Below are positions 38,351 to 51,239 of a DNA stretch of 64,000 bases, piece by piece. Position 1 is the stretch's first letter. Each line of letters starts with the position of its first letter. The translations under genes and the position numbers were made by a program. The notes below the pieces were generated by a model that did not search any database, was not told the DNA's origin, and was given only the letters and a program-made list of their open reading frames with translations. This DNA comes from Felis catus (lineage: Eukaryota). The DNA lies in the NCBI RefSeq assembly GCF_018350175.1, contig NC_058368.1, positions 35,032,001 to 35,096,000 on the forward strand. The letters run 5' to 3'.

Positions 38351-39048
38351 AGTAGTAATCTGACACACAATGCCATATAAATGATGGACCCTTAATAAAT
38401 GCTTACTGAAGGGAACAGCACTGACTTATTATCCACCAGAAAATAGCCAAATTAAATAATGAAGAAAAACTAAGAGTGAGAAATAACAGAAAGATTAAGT
38501 TAGTTATTGAATTCACATACAATGGTAAGGCACGTCATATGAAAACCCTAACAAAAATAACACAAGAGAGTAAAGTCATTAGAAATCACAGACCCACTTT
38601 TTAAATAATGAGACCCCGTTGCATAATTGTGATCCACATTTTCTGAAATTTCCTGAGGGAATTCTTTTTAACTTTCAACAACTGAGTATATTGGCAAATA
38701 CTTGGCAACTCATATCTTAATAAGCAACAAAGAACAACCAATCAATAAACTGTAAAATGACAAATATTAGCAATTAATGTGGAGTATAAATTATAGCCAC
38801 ACGAAGTTAAATGCATTCTAAAGTGTTGCTGCTTGACTTTAAGTGCTGGTAACATGTCCAAGGTTTTATGTTGTACTCCAAATACAGTGAGCCTCAGTAT
38901 AAAGACCCCAAGTATTAATTACTGTGTACTAACTTGACCAGTATGTAACTTTATCAGTCTTTTGACACAGCGACTCTTAACTGCTAGAAAAATTGACAAT
39001 ACTTTCATTTGTGTTGAATGCTATTAGCTCCTATTTGAATGTATTATG

Positions 39049-39668
39049 TGATGAGGGAGCATAAGGCAAGCTGACAGGCCGCAACCCTCCCCGCCACCCA
39101 GGCAAGGTATGTGTGATATTCCTTGGGCATTCCTGGCTGCCCAAAAACAAGGGAAAGGGAGGAAAACAAATGGTTAACCTGCAGGACCTAAGTCTCCACC
39201 ACCCCTCCATAGTGATGTGGGAAACAAAGGCAATGTGAGAAACAAAGGCAGAAGGAAAGGGCAGATAGAACTAAATTTCCTTGTAACTTTCAGTCCATTG
39301 ACAAATACTTGAGGCAGGCAGAGTAAAATGTTTGTCCAGGAACTCCCTACTGTCTTAATGTTAATGCTTTGCTAGAGGGAAAAACAACCTTAGCTTGACA
39401 ATTGCTAGGCCTCCAGTATCCTGTGAGTCTTTTTTAGCATATGAAAACCTAACTGGAAACTTCCCCCTGGACTTATGACCCCCAACCCCATAGTATATAA
39501 CCAGTCTCTCCCAATGGTCCTGGGGCAGCTCTTCCTGCCCAAGCTCCTGTCCCTCATTTCAATAAAATCACCTTTTTGCACCGAAGATGTTTTTAAGGAT
39601 TCTTTCTTGGTCGTCAGTTCCATACCCCACAAGCCCCACTGTCACCCCTCCAAAAAAAAACCTCATCA
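39049..39668 (+). mobile_element. Intact ERV solo LTR, 620 bp (carnivore type)
   Basis: Perfect 8-bp terminal inverted repeat tgatgagg...cctcatca; perfect 5-bp TSD ttatg; TATA 'tatataa' at 39494; AATAAA at 39561. Confidence 0.93.
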
Positions 39669-39991
39669 TTATGTCTCTGTTTTGTTTACCAAACATACAT
39701 AGCTTGTGCCTGTGTTGCTTTGTTGTTTAGGACACATGTCCATCTTTTTTTCTCTTTCTTGCTCTATGTGAAAGAAGCAATACATAAGTTTCCTCCTTGA
39801 ATTTACCAATCAGATTCATTAAAGAGAAGGTGAAGCTGTCCTTAAATTTTCTAAGGGGTCACTGAAGAGGAAAAATTATACTAGTTAATGTGGTAAATTT
39901 TTAAATAAATAAATAAATAATAAAACCTACCCAGTTGTAGCTGACAACTATAAAGATTAAGTGAAGTTAAAATTCCATTTTTGGTTTGTAT

Positions 39992-40120
39992 GTTTTTTTT
40001 TAAGTTTTTACTTGAATTCCAGTTGGTTAACATACAGTATAATATGAGATTCAGGTTACAATATAGTAATTCAATAATTCCATACAATACTTGGTATTAT
40101 ATCATTGCAACAAAAGCACT
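39992..40120 (-). mobile_element. Short carnivore L1 3' tip
   Basis: T-run then 'aattccagttggttaacatacagtataatatgagattcaggttacaatatagtaattcaa'. Confidence 0.85.
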
Positions 40121-40269
40121 CAAAATACTTGAAATTAAAGCTGTTGATAGAAAACAAAGATGCTTAATGGTTCAGATCTGAAACTTAGAACATTTAACTT
40201 CAGGAACTCTATTTGGAGTCGTGAATATAAAATAAATAAACAAAACGACTTTAAATTTTACAGTCGGAA

Positions 40270-40490
40270 CTCAGAGAACAATGCCTAAGAGGATGAGCTG
40301 TAGAACTACACAGACCTCTATTACTTTGTAGCTGTGTATCTTACATTCCCTAAATTCTTCATCTCTAAAATGTGAACAGTAATAAATCTGCTTTGTATCG
40401 TTTTGTGAAGATTACATGGGTTGTCACAGAAGAGGCATTTAAAATAAAGCCTCATATATCGTAATATGCAATAAATCTTACTAGCATTAG
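40270..40490 (+). mobile_element. MIR SINE
   Basis: 'tagctgtgtatctt...ttcttcatctctaaaatgtgaacagtaata...ttttgtgaagattacatg'. Confidence 0.8.
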
Positions 40491-40508
40491 TTGTTGTGAT
40501 TGTATAAC

Positions 40509-41021
40509 TGTAGGAGACCAGAATATGCCCCTGCAAAATATGCCTCTTCGGCATAAGAACCATTTTGATCTGATTATTCTGAAAAACAGGCACAGGAAAA
40601 GCTTTGGAAATAGTGTTACCCATCTGCAAAGGAAATTTGCATTTATAAAGGAATTCTCCAATTGTACACATGTCATCCTCTCTGTACCAGGAAGAGAAGG
40701 AGGACTGTAAAACACAAGCTACTCATCAATGTGGAAGGTACAGACTTAAATCTGTAAAATAAAACTTACCTCTGTTTACTGTACTATTTCTGGTAACGTA
40801 CCCATAACTTTCCTCCTCCATACTTGTCTTTGTTTTAGCTGAAGATGGCACTTAAGCTCAAGCTCTAACCAGCTCTTGGGAGTTTACTGATCCCTGTTTC
40901 TCCCATGTGTATATGAGAGATACATATTCATAACCTTTTGTTTTTAATCTACCTGTTGTAACAGGATCCCCAACCAAGTACCTAAAGGGTAGAAGGATAA
41001 GATTTTTTCCCTCTCTCTATA
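40509..41021 (+). mobile_element. ERV1 solo LTR (MER34-like)
   Basis: Starts 'tgtaggagaccagaatatgcccctgcaaaatatgcctcttcggcataag', the MER34 5' end as I recall it; ends 'agggtagaagga...ttttttccctctctctata'. Confidence 0.85.
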
Positions 41022-41399
41022 TTATTAGTGTAAATCATTTCACTAATATTTACTGAGCTTCCACTACGTGAAGAGCGATTATAAGAAAAAGTAATTTACG
41101 TATCTTCTGAGCGACAATCACTTTTAGAAGTTCAGGTCAAACTTTTATCCCCCACTTGTACCACTTCCACCATCTCCACCCCTCCAGTCTAACCACCTGA
41201 ATGCAAAATTATACTCCTCAGCAATTTAAATTATGCCATTATTCCTTTGCTCATTTTTTATCACAGATTTAAGCTCCGCGGTGCTATGAAACCTGCAGAC
41301 ACAGAAGTTCATGATTTATGTATGTATTTGATAGCCTCACCCCTGACATCCTAGCCTCAAATCTAGACTCTTAAACTGCCCACTTAGCTCTGTTAACTG

Positions 41400-41870
41400 A
41401 TTTTAATCTTGCATATTAGAGGAGCCATTCAAATGTTCTTAAGCATTATCATCTTGGCACTTTAATTGAAATATATCTTTACATTTTTTAAAAAAATGGA
41501 ACATAACAGTGAATAAAAGCAGCCCTTTATTCACACAATGTATGCTAATGTTGACCCAACTGCTCTTAGCTTTTCAAAAGACTCTTGTGATTTCCTGGAA
41601 TTTCCTGAACTCAGCACTTTGATGACCATGGCTATTTTAACTTCATTGCTCTCCCAATTGCAAAGGAGCTTTTGACATTTGGATTTTGTGTTCATCTAAT
41701 GGCAACTGCAATTAAAGCTTTCCCACATCAATGAGCTAACTTTCTAAGGCCATTTCAAAGGGCGAATTCAATATTCAAATTGCATGATGCTTATTGATCT
41801 GTGTGCTACTATTTGTGTGACTGGAAAAGGACTCGTTAGAAATTTTCCTGACATTATTGATAAAAAAAAA
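41400..41870. promoter_or_regulatory. Candidate conserved non-coding element / enhancer
   Basis: No recognisable repeat; SOX-like acaatg (41535), octamer-like atgctaat (41542), STAT ttcctggaa (41592), TCF/LEF ctttgat (41617) and ttcaaag (41754). Confidence 0.35.
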
Positions 41871-43129
41871 AATTAAATAAAACTAAATTCACTCAAGGAT
41901 TCTGCATTCATATAATGAGAACATAGTTGAAGCCCAAATAATTAATTGGTTAGCATTAGGCATAGGTAGAGAAAGAAGCCAAACTCTCTCAGGCCTGACC
42001 AAACAGTGCTTATTTTGAGAGGATGAGTACACAAACTGCATTTCTATATTCTTGAAAGTACAATTTAATCACTTCAGAATCATTTTTTAAATGTGTCCCA
42101 AGAAACTGCAGGTTCAGACAGCCTAGAAATGAAAGCTTCTACTTTAGCCCCATGATCTCTAGTTGATTTAGGAATACTTGATGCCCCTAGTAGGTTCATG
42201 GGCTGTAAGTGAGCACTTCCTTCGTTAAGTCCAGGTAAGTCCAATGGACATTTAACACTGGATCTTTATGCTGCTGCTGTATACGTATTTTCAATTTCAA
42301 TTTTATTTTTATCAGATAAAAAAAATAGGGAAACAATAAGTAAAACAAAGCACTCCAGAGAAACTTAGGAATGTTTGTTTCATGCACATTTGCCCGAGAC
42401 TATATCTACCCATAAAAAGCGGATTGGAGAATTATTATAATTATCTGGATAAGTGTGCCATTAAACATTTCATCTTTGCCAAAACATCTATTTACATAAT
42501 TTCCAACTCTTTTTTTTTCTAATGTGCTCACTGCATACAAAAAACACAAAAAAACAAAAAACAAAAGTCACTTTGAATTATCTAGTAATCAGATGAAGAA
42601 CAAATTGGAAGCTTTAACTTGGCTAACATTCTTTCCTAGGTTTGGTAACTTTTAATAGACCAACGTAAAAAACTGCTTTAATTAATTTTTATATGTGTAT
42701 CTATGTAAGAAAAACAACAGAGGATATGGAATAATCATATAATCATTTGGGAAATAAAGCTTGGTGGCATTTCAAGTATTTTTTTCTTGAACACTTATTA
42801 CAAATAAAAAAAAAAAAAAAGGAAAGCAGGTAGATAGCTGAAGAACCCATGTTTTGAACTTGATTCAGATGTTAGAGGAAAAAGCAATAAAATTTTTCCT
42901 CATATTTAAGAGAAATAGAAGAAAGGAAATATATAAAAGGCAGGAAAGACTCAGAAATACACTCTTGCCATCTCATTTTTGCCCCAAACTAACCAGTATC
43001 AACAAAGAAGCTGATTTGTGACGACACTGTCTCTTTTAGCTAATAATTCACACAGTTGTTGAAAACACATCAACAGGCAGTAATCAATGTTGTTAAAAAG
43101 AATATTTATGTAACAGAATTTATATAATT

Positions 43130-43290
43130 AGGTCCTCAAATGGTAGGACCGTAGAAATGTAATTATCATTCCTATTTTACAAATGGAAATATTGAGATTC
43201 AGAGGGTCAAATGACTAACCTAAGGTAACCTGACTAGTTGGCAAAAATGGTACGAGCAACAGGTATTTTCACACCTGGTATAAGACAACA
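43130..43290 (-). mobile_element. MIR fragment
   Basis: 'attatcattcctattttacaaatggaaatattgagattcagagggtcaaatgactaacctaaggt'. Confidence 0.8.
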
Positions 43291-43979
43291 GCATTATACA
43301 CAGACAGCAAATAGGCAAGGTGTGCATATGAAGTGAAGATAGAGATAAGGAGGCAAACAAAGGTAGACAGAATATATAATTTTTATTGAAATTCTTGGTG
43401 TGTGTTTCTGTGTGTGTGTGTTTGTAGAAGAGAGAGTGGGAATTAGAGTAGTAATTATGGGTCTTGTTCTGGAAGCCAAGAGAGGAAAAACAAACCATCA
43501 GGATAATAAAATCAATAGCAAAAGGAGTTGCTTCATAAGTTGAATGGTAATTGGCATAAAATAATGAGTATAATTCTGTTTGATAATTGCATCTGTTCTA
43601 TGAAAAGACTATTTTATCTAGGTGATAATAGTGGACATTTTTCAATGCATGTTTTGATTTTTCCTCACATGATTCAAAAAAACAAATAATATGAAGGGAA
43701 ATTCATATCTAAGTAAACAATAAACTCTAATAATTTTGTATGCTCACCATCTGTCTAAATAATATCAAAATATAAGCATTTCTGTAAATATTTGAAATCA
43801 AATATCCAAAGAGTTTACACGTTTTGTTATATGTGAATTTAGATATTATGTCTTAAGTGCTTTATTCTAATTCCTTTAATTACAACCATATACCTATATG
43901 TCATCTTTCTACATGGAATGGGTTAGGAAAAAAAATGACTTTTAATTAAGACAATTTTCTAAAAACAACATGGTTTGTT

Positions 43980-44465
43980 TACGCATCCATCCATGTGAGC
44001 CACACTGCATCAGTTTCCAGGAATATCAGGATCTAGAACATATGGTCCCTATCCAAAGCAGGTAAGTAAAGAAAACAGATGAGTAAATTCAAGGTAGCTC
44101 TATAGTATGATGATTAGGATAACTGAAGGCAAAGCACTGTACAAAGGACATATATTGGAGGGTTCTTAACCCAGACTGGAGAGATCAAGAGAGGTGACAT
44201 CTCAGCTTCAGAATTTCGTGAATAAACAAGACGGAGCCAAATAAAATGAAGTGTGTAGGTGGTAAGGGGGGCAAGGATGGCATACTAAGCCTCTACAAGG
44301 TATTCTTAGGAGATATATTTTAAAAATAACATAGGCAGAGTGGCTGGATTGGGAAGGCTTCTGTGTAGTATACTTTGGCTGGAACATAAAGCGTTTAAGG
44401 AAAAATGAATTGAGACCAAAATAACAGGCAGATCGTAAAGAGACACATGCACTATATTAAGAAAA
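43980..44465 (-). mobile_element. L2 fragment
   Basis: 'acatatggtccctatcc', 'cttaacccagactggagagatcaagagaggtgacatctcagct'. Confidence 0.6.
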
Positions 44466-45794
44466 TTATTTGTGTAAGGATATTTGTGTATGTAAGATCC
44501 TATTCAATACCTACCTTTTTTCCCTGAAAAGATTTATGTCAGTTGATTTGCACTTTGTATTTTATTTTGAAATATCATTTAAGATTCTCAAAATTGAGAA
44601 TCACAAATGTCTCGTTGGTTAGAAAAATGTTCCCTATTGCTCACCCTTCTGCACTCCTTCTCCCTCCCAAAACCAATGTTCTATAGAATTTTCTTTATCA
44701 CTTTTAGCATGAAGGGTAGTTTTATCTTCATAAAAGATAATAACAAGCATATGTCATAAAGAACAGGGATTGATAATCCTTGTAATTTCATCTATGCTAA
44801 TGAACTTCAAATGCTATTCATATTTTGTATATATCGAGGATTTGTCACAACAAAAACATAATAGAGGTAGAACATTAAAAGTACAGTTACAAGTCGTCCT
44901 TTTCAACAAAACAGTTTACATCCCGTTGTCGATGGAATATGTGTAAGCTGTTTGCTTGAATAATGTGTGAGGTAAAGCATTTGACAGGTTAATTATACAT
45001 TGCTTTAAAATCCATTTCCTAGCATTTTATTTGGAATTGGTTGTGTTTTAATTTCTTTGATTCTCTTTCTTCTTTTTTATTATGGAACCAGAAAAATACA
45101 TTTTTCAAAGATTTTACCTGAAAGATAAGGGGTCTCATTATGCTCATTTCCTCTCCTTTCCAAACCTCTGCTTATATCCTTTATTGGTTGCTCCCCAAGG
45201 CAGAAGTCATTGCTAATCTTCAGTGGCCAATGCCTGAGATATTCTTTGGAGGCATGTTTTACTACCAAAGACTTAGAAGTATGAGCCACATGTTTTCAGA
45301 TTGTATCTAGGCAGATTTTCTATCCAGACAACTGTTCTGGTTTGACATCTTCCACAGCTGCACCTTTCTTCTGTATAATTGCAGGGGGTCTGGACCAAAC
45401 ACACCCATTTCAGAATCAAGGAAAGAGAATTGAAACAAGTTTTGTTTGGTTCTCCTGGATTAAGCAGTGTTCTCTAATTAGCTTTTATCACAGCTCTAAC
45501 TCAGAAGTTGTTAAGTGTTTGCCCAACTATTGATATAGCAGGGCTTCATTTCCCATTTGACCCTGGCTTCTAGTAAGTGTAACTTCCTCAGAAAGAATCC
45601 CAAGAGTAGAGGAGTCCTAAATATCAACACCTTTGAAAGACCAGTTATCACATGACACACCAAGAAGTAATAGACTATGTACTTCAAGCTGTTTTTCTAG
45701 TAGTTATATAGTACTTTACCTGATCTGTGATCATCATAAAGGTGTCCACAAATCCATTCATTCCTCAACATGCTTTAAATATCTACCATGACTT

Positions 45795-46490
45795 CGTATA
45801 TTTCTCATCCATATCTCTCCACTATAGTCCAGACTCATGTTTTCAAAATCTACTTGACACCTCAACTTCTTTATGATACCTTTATTAGGTATCATAAATA
45901 TATCAAGACCAAAAGGGTCTGCCCTTCCAAAAACTTTCCCCAAATCAATCATACTTGATTTCTCCTTTCTGACCCCTTATTTCTCATCCAACCTATCACC
46001 AATTACTCTTGGCTTTATCTCCAAAATGCACGTTGAGTCTATCTCCCTCTTTCTCTTCCTCTGTGGACTCATTATTCCCAACCCCCAACGGTTGTCTTCT
46101 GTTCTACTGCAATTGCTTCCTAAATGATCTATGTGCCTCGAATTACCTGATCTTCATATAGGAGTAAATAAATTACAGTATTTTACTACTTAAAACCCAC
46201 CAGGCTCCCAGCGGTTGAGAATAAGTCCAAACTTGGTGGTATCTAGTCTAAAATATGCTATACATGATTGGTCCCCAACCTCATGTCTCACCACTTTCCT
46301 TCCTCCTTGATTTCTATGCCACAGACACACTGTTTTTTTTGTTTGTTTGTTTGTGTGTTTCTATGCTTAGAACATAAGAAGCACATTTTTAATCACCAGC
46401 CATCCTTCAGCATCTGCCAACAAAGTTTTCACCATCAAGTGTTTTCACTCGCTGGTTTAATTTTGTCTTTACAAACTTGAAACCCATTTC
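45795..46490 (+). mobile_element. L2 fragment
   Basis: 'tccagactcatgttttcaaaatctacttgacacctc', 'catccaacctatcaccaa...tttatctccaaaat'. Confidence 0.75.
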
Positions 46491-48266
46491 ATTTATTTGC
46501 ATTTTTCTATTATCTGAAATACACTGAAGTAATATATTTTTCTCTAAATATCATTTCCTATAGATTTTGAAATTTATACACTATAATTCATTTTTAAACA
46601 ATCTCTAATGTCTGCTATAATTTTCTCTTTCACTTACTCATTGCTTAGAAGGACATTACTTAAACTCCTGTGTGCATATTTTCAGAGTCAAGGTTGCATT
46701 TTCCCTTCATTATTAATTTGATATTTATCTGTTTGCATCATCAACAGAAAATGTAGCTAAAGTGATTTATGATATAGACAGTTAGCCAGTTTTCCCTTGT
46801 GACCATTATTTTTCCATTATCAGTTTTTTTGTTTTTGTTTTTTAATGTTGCAGGATATTGGAGAAGAAAGTGTGTTCCAGTATTGGGTTCAAAAGTGCAC
46901 ATAAACACAAATAGTAATATGGTATCTTACACAGCTTTAGAGTATACAGTTAGTATGTAACATACACTAGCATGAGTCAGTATTGTTTGAAAATCCTTTA
47001 AAAATGTTCCAGTCTCATTACATACACAATTCTATTAAAATAGATTAACACATCTGATCATCACAGAATGAAGTCATTCGTTTGCATTTAGAGGCCCCCT
47101 TCTATTTCCTATTTTTTTAAGTGTATATTTAAATAATAGAAAATATTTACTCCAGTCACATACAGTGTGAGAAGCAGTGGAGAACTGAAACTAAATAAGT
47201 CTCTCATCTGGGCTCATTTTGAAAATATGTTCACTGATGACAAATTGGGCAGAATCACCTATGCTATTAAATTTGTTATTTTGATCTCTCTGTCTCTCTC
47301 AGTCTCTGTCTCTCTCTGTGGGTAGGTGTTATATAATTCTAAGCATGTTTTCCCATATAAGACTTTTTGCCATAGGTGTTGTTCTGCCTATTAAAACCCA
47401 CACTGTTGTCAATTTATTTGAGCTTAGTACATATATCTTTGACAATCTGTGAGTCTCAACCATTTTTATATCTTTTATTTCAGCTATAGACCCGGTAAAG
47501 AAATGATAGGTTTATTCACCTATATATTTACTGAACTTGAGTTTCTCTCTTTCGATGATATAATGTAGTTTTATTATTGTAATTTTTATTTGTTTCTTCC
47601 CATCTAATTTGAAATTTACACATCCTAATGTCCCTTCCTTTGAGTTGCTTATGGATCTTAAAATATATATTCAAATGCATACCTTCTATCAAAAGGTTTA
47701 GAAAATCTATCAAAATCTTTTCATTTCTTTCAAAATCATCCAGAATCATAATTCTCTTTTGATATTACTATTGGTGGAATACCTTCTGACAACTACTTTA
47801 AGCTGACAGATTTTTAACATTTTTTACATGTAAATATAACAGCAGGCAGCTGTTCTATATGCTGGGAGGGAGTCTCTAGGCAGTCCTTCTGCTTAACTTT
47901 GTTATGAGAAGAATGGGTCCACCTTCAAGATGGAGAACTAAGAGGATCCTGGACTCACCTCCTCCCACAAACATGGAATGAATGACTCCTGAGCATGAGG
48001 ATATCAGGGGAAGACCCACATCATAGCAGGTAGGAGAGGCCGGGACACAATCTTGCTATAAACCCAACCCCTGGGGAGCAACCCAGTCAGGAATGATCTC
48101 AAAACCAGCAGCTTCTCCCTGAGGAGCAAAGGCTTTGAAACCCAAACTGGTCACCCCCAACTTTTAACATCTGCACCCGACTGACAAATCCCCAAAATAC
48201 CTGGTTTTGAAAACCATCAGGACTTGTGCCCAAGAGACTCACGGGGCTGTAGCAATCTGAAAATCT

Positions 48267-48485
48267 GTTTTTGTTTTTTTTTAACATTTATTTAATTTTG
48301 GGACAGAGAGAGACAGAGCATGAAGCGGGGAGGGTCAGAGAGAGAGGGAGATACAGAATCTGAGACAGGCTCCAGGCTCCGAGCTGTCAGCACAGAGCCC
48401 GACATGGGGCTCGAACTCACAGACTGCGAGATCATGACCTGAGCCAAAGTCGGACGCTTAACCGACTGAGCCACCCAGGTGCCCC
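48267..48485 (-). mobile_element. Young felid-type Can-SINE (SINEC_Fc-like)
   Basis: 'caggctccaggctccgagctgtcagc', retained CpGs, ends 'gagccacccaggtgcccc'. Confidence 0.97.
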
Positions 48486-49370
48486 TGAAAAACTACTCTT
48501 AAGAAGCTTTCAGGCTTGGACTCCCCTGTCCTGAGGCCCAGAGCAGAAGAAGCAACGGTGGGGCACCCGAACTTTGTGCAGGAGAGGTTTGTTCCTTTCT
48601 CTTAGAGTGTCAGCCTGAGGGGCAGGCATCTGATTTAACTCACAAATGGGGGCCTGCTGGTGTGCTGTGTGGGGATGGCGATTAGAGAGCACCATCTTTG
48701 TGCTCTTGTTCTGCCTTGTTCCAGCCTGTGGACACCATCTTTTTTTTCTGTTTTTGTTTTGTTTTTTCATCTCTAGGATTTTTTTCTTTCTTCTTATTTT
48801 TGTTTGTTTGTTTTTCCTTCTTTCCTGGCAAGTGTCGTCTCCACACTCTCTGCCTCATTCCAGCTGGTGGCAGCGGTCTCCACACCCTACTCCTGTACTC
48901 TAGAGTGCTGTCTCAGAGGGGAGCTTTTACATGTATCTGGGGCCCTAGTTTTCACCTCTGGTGCCCCAGTCCTGGTGACCAGGTGGCTTGTGTTGCCAGG
49001 TCCTACATGTCTATAACTATTGGAAACAGTTCTTGGCAGACTACCACCCCCCGGGCACTACACAGAGAGCCGACTAAAACGTGCCTTCAGTTTTTTCTGT
49101 GAAAGAGGCCTATTTGCTTGCCCTGGAGCTTCCTCCTGAGAGGAGGGCAGGCTTCAGGTTTCTCCCACATCTAGAGGCTACGAGATGCTCTCAGGGAACA
49201 TATGCCGAGAGACCATCTTCGTGCTCTCCCTCTGCCTCACCACAGCCCATCAGTATCTCCCAGAGAACTATTTATAAACTCACCTGGAGTCCTGAGTTTT
49301 GTGACACAACTCTAGATCACCTGGCACTGGTGGCCAGCGAAGTTTATGCTTGTGATTCCATAAGACTGTA

Positions 49371-49520
49371 TATATTATGTATGCATATTTTAAATTATAA
49401 TAATATAATAATATTTTATATTATTTATATAATATTTTATATATATTTATAATATTTTATATATATTTATATTATATTAATAATATAATAATATTTTATA
49501 TTATGTATGCATATTTTAAA
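49371..49520. repeat. A/T-only tract bounded by a 24-bp direct repeat
   Basis: 'tatattatgtatgcatattttaaa' at 49371 and 49497, with only A and T between them. Confidence 0.92.
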
Positions 49521-49615
49521 ATGTGTTACCTAAGGGTCTTCCAATCAGCCTGGATCTAGGTGCTGATTGAGATCCTCCCCATAAGGACACTGGCAGGCCT
49601 TGACATGCTGCCATT

Positions 49616-49628
49616 GAAGAAAGAAAAA

Positions 49629-49685
<57 letters not shown>

Positions 49686-49730
49686 AAAGAAAAGAAAAGA
49701 AAAGAAAAGAAAAGAAAAGAAAAGAAAAGA
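49616..49730. repeat. Compound (GAAA)n(GAAAA)n microsatellite
   Basis: Visible directly in the sequence. Confidence 0.97.
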
Positions 49731-51239
49731 GGGGAAAAAAAGTCCACTTGGACAATCACAGAGGTTTGAAGAACAGATAAGATCTAGGGCAGGTTGAAAG
49801 ATAAGGTTCCTATCCTACATGAGGCCAGTCCTTCAAAACTAGGAGAAGTAGTTAATGCACAGAAACCTATACAAAAAAGTCAGGCAAAGTATAGAAACAG
49901 AGGGATATATTCCAAGCAAAAGAAAACTATAAAATTTCAGGTGGGGTGGGGGGGGGGGAGAAACTTCAATGAAATGGAGATAAGGAGTCCAAAGATGTTC
50001 ACTGAACTCATGAGCAGAATGTATGAATACAGCGAGAACTTCCACAAAGAGATGGAGAATATAAGAAGTCAAAGTTAAAGAGTAGAGTGGCTGTAACTGC
50101 TATCATACTTTCCCACAAATGTTCTGATGACATTTCTCTCTGATCAGATTTCTCAATCATATTCCAACTACTTTTATTTTTCCAAAGAAACCTTTAAATT
50201 ACTTTATCCTAATGGCCTTTCCTTCTATTTTCCAGAATTATAAGTTTAATCTGTGTCTAATACCTTTGTAGTCTTTTAGTACAGTTTGGAGTCAAGTAAA
50301 AACATGTATTTAGTCAACCCTCTTGAACCAAGAGTTTAAAGTCATATAATTTCTAGAATATTCTTTTTGTCCTCTCTTTCTTCCTTCTTGGTCTAATTAA
50401 ATTTTACCCATTTTTCAAAGATCTTTCTTTGTGCCATCTCTAGTTGCTTCCTCATCAGAACTTCACTGTATCAGTTTTGGTGTTCTCAGCACATACTTTC
50501 TCATAACTCATGTATATTCTTATCTTCTGCCCTAAGTTGCTTGCTCTTCAAGGTAGAATCCGTATTCATAGCATTTAGAACCTATTAGGTGCTATTAGTA
50601 TCCAGCACAATTATTTTGTAGAGAGTAGACATTTAACAGATACTTGATATAGAAGAAAATTTTCAAATGTTAGAGCATTAAAGACCCTTGAGTATTAGAG
50701 GACCCAATATCTTCTCTTTGTGGATGACATAACTGGGGCCCATTACTACAAGGCCAAACTAGAATTAAGGCCTCACAGAAAGCATCCGGTATTCCTTATA
50801 TCAGATAATGAACTCAGATTCTTGAACTTAAAAGAAGATATGGAGTTACTTCATACTATACAGTGACTACATTTGATGATTTAAAAAAAAAAAGAAAGCT
50901 CACCTTTTTTTTTTTAACAAAGCAGATTATATCATTTTTAAAAGATATAAAATATAGAATGTTTTTACCCTACCTGAATAAACTATGCTCAACTAAATAT
51001 TCTTCTCATTAAGTATTCGATTCTCCTGCTATCTCAGTTCAGTCTCTCATCCACATGACAGTTCTTCAATTATTGACAATAACATTACGTATATGTTGGG
51101 GATTACAAATATATAGCACACAAGCTGCCACTCTCCTATCCTGTGATAATATAACACAAGCCACCTTTCTGGCCAAATCTTAACTCAGTTAACTCAGTTT
51201 TGTGGGCAAGCACTGTCAATGGATGGTCAGTGTCACATA

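Larger units (their letters stand above)
47915..50085 (+). mobile_element. L1 5' UTR plus start of ORF1, with no 3' portion
   Basis: Starts 'ttcaagatggagaactaagaggatcctggactcacctcctcccac' (YY1-type aagatgg); ends with ORF1-like RNRGIYSKQK...NEMEIR...KMFTELMSRMYEYSENFHKEMENIR. Confidence 0.85.

Noticed and set aside
49516..49769. Phe/Ser-rich and Lys/Glu/Arg-rich ORFs
   Set aside because: These are translations of the (GAAA)n microsatellite
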